Virus record (IMG/VR): IMGVR_UViG_3300031857_000010
Coordinates: 152,700-216,699 of that record
Strand: one strand, 5' to 3'
Length of the DNA: 64,000 nt
Shown: piece after piece, positions 63,376 to 64,000 of the stretch
Position numbering within the stretch: position 1 is the first letter of the stretch
Layout of the letters: each line of letters opens with the position of its first letter
Made by a program: the position numbers and the translations under genes
The notes under the pieces: model-generated
Told to the model about the DNA's origin: nothing
The model's input: the letters and a program-made list of their open reading frames with translations, nothing else
The model's database searches: none

Positions 63376-63591
63376 TTATCGGTACAGAATTACAAAATCA
63401 CCGAAATAAGAGTCAAATACTTTGACCAAATTCTCATAATCACCAGACATCATTTCTTCTCTGATTTTATTTGAGTCCAAATCCAATTGTTTGGAAAGTC
63501 GATTTGCTACCCCAATCAAATGAAAAGCATTTCCTTCAGGACCGGTCAAATCAATTTCTATTTTATCTTTTTTTGGTTTTTCCTTAATCAT
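63376..63591 (-). CDS. phage hypothetical protein (IDLTGP.GNAF motif)
   Basis: IDLTGPEGNAF.L.G...EM.SGDYE.L...FD..FG. Confidence 0.75.
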   Translation of the reverse strand: MIKEKPKKDKIEIDLTGPEGNAFHLIGVANRLSKQLDLDSNKIREEMMSGDYENLVKVFDSYFGDFVILYR

Positions 63592-63941
63592 ACAATATCT
63601 ATTGTTTCAGGGTTCTTAATCATATCTTCTAATTCCTCAACCAAATAAATTAATCCATAGGTTGAAACATCACGGAACTCTATGTTACGAGTATCATAAC
63701 CCGTATCTAATAAACATAATTCACCATCCGTTGAAATTGCACCAATTACTTCGTTAGATTGGTCATCAATATAACTATGTATAAAACCCTGAGTTAATTG
63801 AATGTTTCCTTCAGGATTTTCTTCACTATCTGTTAGTTTCACATAAAGTTCTTTTACTTCCTCCCGACGAGCAAGTAGGGTTTTTACAACTTCATCTCTC
63901 AAGGAGGCTGCTTCCTTTCTAAATTCGATTGCTGATTTCAT
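63588..63941 (-). CDS. hypothetical protein
   Basis: ORF with ECF-type promoter 63957-63986. Confidence 0.65.
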   Translation of the reverse strand: MKSAIEFRKEAASLRDEVVKTLLARREEVKELYVKLTDSEENPEGNIQLTQGFIHSYIDDQSNEVIGAISTDGELCLLDTGYDTRNIEFRDVSTYGLIYLVEELEDMIKNPETIDIV

Positions 63942-64000
63942 ATTATTGTTTTTTAATCAATACGAATCGAATTAAAAAAGGTTTAATTAATTAAAACTAA

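Noticed and set aside
1-64000. Stop-codon reassignment (seen in some large phages)
   Set aside because: Long genes are intact in code 11, TAA/TAG/TGA all terminate genes, and no suppressor tRNA was seen.

Overview
64 kb segment of a very AT-rich large (jumbo-type) bacteriophage genome, most likely infecting Bacteroidota. The host inference rests on TTTG-N19/20-TAnnTTTG promoters, no obvious Shine-Dalgarno sites, a T9SS-like cargo gene and a DUF2452-like gene. No structural or core replication genes are present; it is an accessory/early-middle region of densely packed small ORFs, mostly on the minus strand. Contents: (1) a minus-strand array of 17 tRNA/tRNA-like genes (345-2658) with an embedded putative homing endonuclease; (2) directly upstream, a host-type promoter, a 59-codon leader ORF missed by the ORF track that uses all 20 amino acids and 38 different codons, and mutually exclusive antiterminator/terminator sequences, i.e. 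a candidate ribosome-stalling attenuator that would switch on the phage tRNAs when any host tRNA becomes limiting; (3) two Ile-anticodon tRNA-like genes with a rewired topology (D-loop-like motif 3' of the anticodon arm); (4) four dispersed tRNA scaffolds with shared acceptor/D/T arms but unrelated 50-106 nt inserts in place of the anticodon arm; (5) a phage ECF sigma factor plus at least 16 AAC-N16/17-CGT(AGT) promoters; (6) a group I intron in a CAU tRNA; (7) metabolic and RNA-repair-type genes (ppsA, aminotransferase, DHFR, CYTH, HAD, P-loop kinase, two receiver-like phosphoesterases, metallophosphoesterase, MazG-like); (8) a ~1 kb non-coding candidate origin with DnaA boxes and iteron-like repeats; (9) several shuffled small-gene paralog families. 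All protein calls are from motif recognition by eye; no database searches were run.
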